Positions 63,743 to 64,000 of a stretch of 64,000 bases of DNA are shown here, one piece after another. Below the pieces are notes generated by a model. The model was not told the origin of the DNA. It did no database searches and was given only the letters and a program-made list of their open reading frames with translations. The position numbers and the translations under genes were made by a program. Position 1 is the stretch's first letter. Every line of letters starts with the position of its first letter. Origin of the DNA: Euryarchaeota archaeon TMED192 (GTDB lineage Archaea; Thermoplasmatota; Poseidoniia; Poseidoniales; Thalassarchaeaceae); the NCBI GenBank assembly GCA_002170775.2, contig NHIP02000003.1, forward strand, positions 155,029 to 219,028, read 5' to 3'.

Positions 63743-64000
63743 CTCTGATTCGGACCATGGGACAATGACAGACTTGCGTCTTCTGAGTTGCTCTCTCAGA
63801 GGTCCCTCATTCGGATTGACGCCCTCGAGTAAGGAGGGGGATCTCACCAAAGAGTGGAGGGGATGGAGTCGCTGATCTGCGGGGATCGCGACTTCGGTGT
63901 CTCCAAGTAGGGCTTTTTGCAGTGCCGGGTAAATACTGTGATCGAGCCATGGTGAGTCGACTGCGGATAGCTGCAGTGGTTGCGACTGGTCAAAATTCGA
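63704..64000 (-). CDS. 3' end of an unidentified CDS running off the window
   Basis: The reverse frame is open from 64000 down to TAG at 63704-63706 (98 codons: ...SPWLDHSIYPALQKALLGDTEVAIPADQRL...VIVPWSESELTNLNAPSDLER). It is absent from the ORF track because no start lies inside the window. It overlaps the purN 3' end by 39 nt. Confidence 0.3.
   Translation of the reverse strand, partial: SNFDQSQPLQLSAVDSPWLDHSIYPALQKALLGDTEVAIPADQRLHPLHSLVRSPSLLEGVNPNEGPLREQLRRRKSVIVPWSESELTNLNAPSDLER

Overview
This is a densely coding 64-kb window, almost certainly from an archaeal chromosome. It carries archaeal/eukaryote-type information genes: SRP19, ribosomal proteins eS8, uS13-uS4-uS11, RNA polymerase subunit D/Rpo3, FEN-1, a Sec61-beta gene missing from the ORF track, and a XerA-like recombinase. 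These are interleaved with many bacterial-looking genes: an aa3-type heme-copper oxidase operon (coxB-coxA-coxC-subunit IV), fused RibD, ATP-dependent PEPCK, MaeB malic enzyme with a PTA-like domain, bacterial-pattern LeuRS, CspA, PurN, long-form BCAT and a fused PabB/PabA with a PabC-like gene. There are also very large surface or membrane proteins: a 2803-aa propeller/FN3-like protein, a 1220-aa polytopic membrane protein, a membrane-anchored subtilase and a secreted Ca-binding repeat protein with a (GQ)n tract. This mix suggests an aerobic marine planktonic euryarchaeon of the Marine Group II/Poseidoniales type, but that is inference only. Two tRNAs are present (Ser-UGA, Arg-UCG). I saw no rRNA, CRISPR array, transposase, prophage or recognisable defence island. 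The candidates most worth follow-up are: (1) a SAP/HeH-domain single-pass membrane protein co-oriented with an orphan ParA ATPase; (2) an exoplasmic domain plus extra TM helix fused to the N-terminus of oxidase subunit I, with further lineage-specific inserts in CoxB and CoxC; (3) a CDIN1/TPD-like PD-(D/E)xK nuclease; (4) the 1220-aa polytopic membrane protein and its downstream genes; (5) the (GQ)n/QN-rich Ca-binding secreted protein. All functional calls come from motif recognition by eye and from remembered family signatures. No database search was run.
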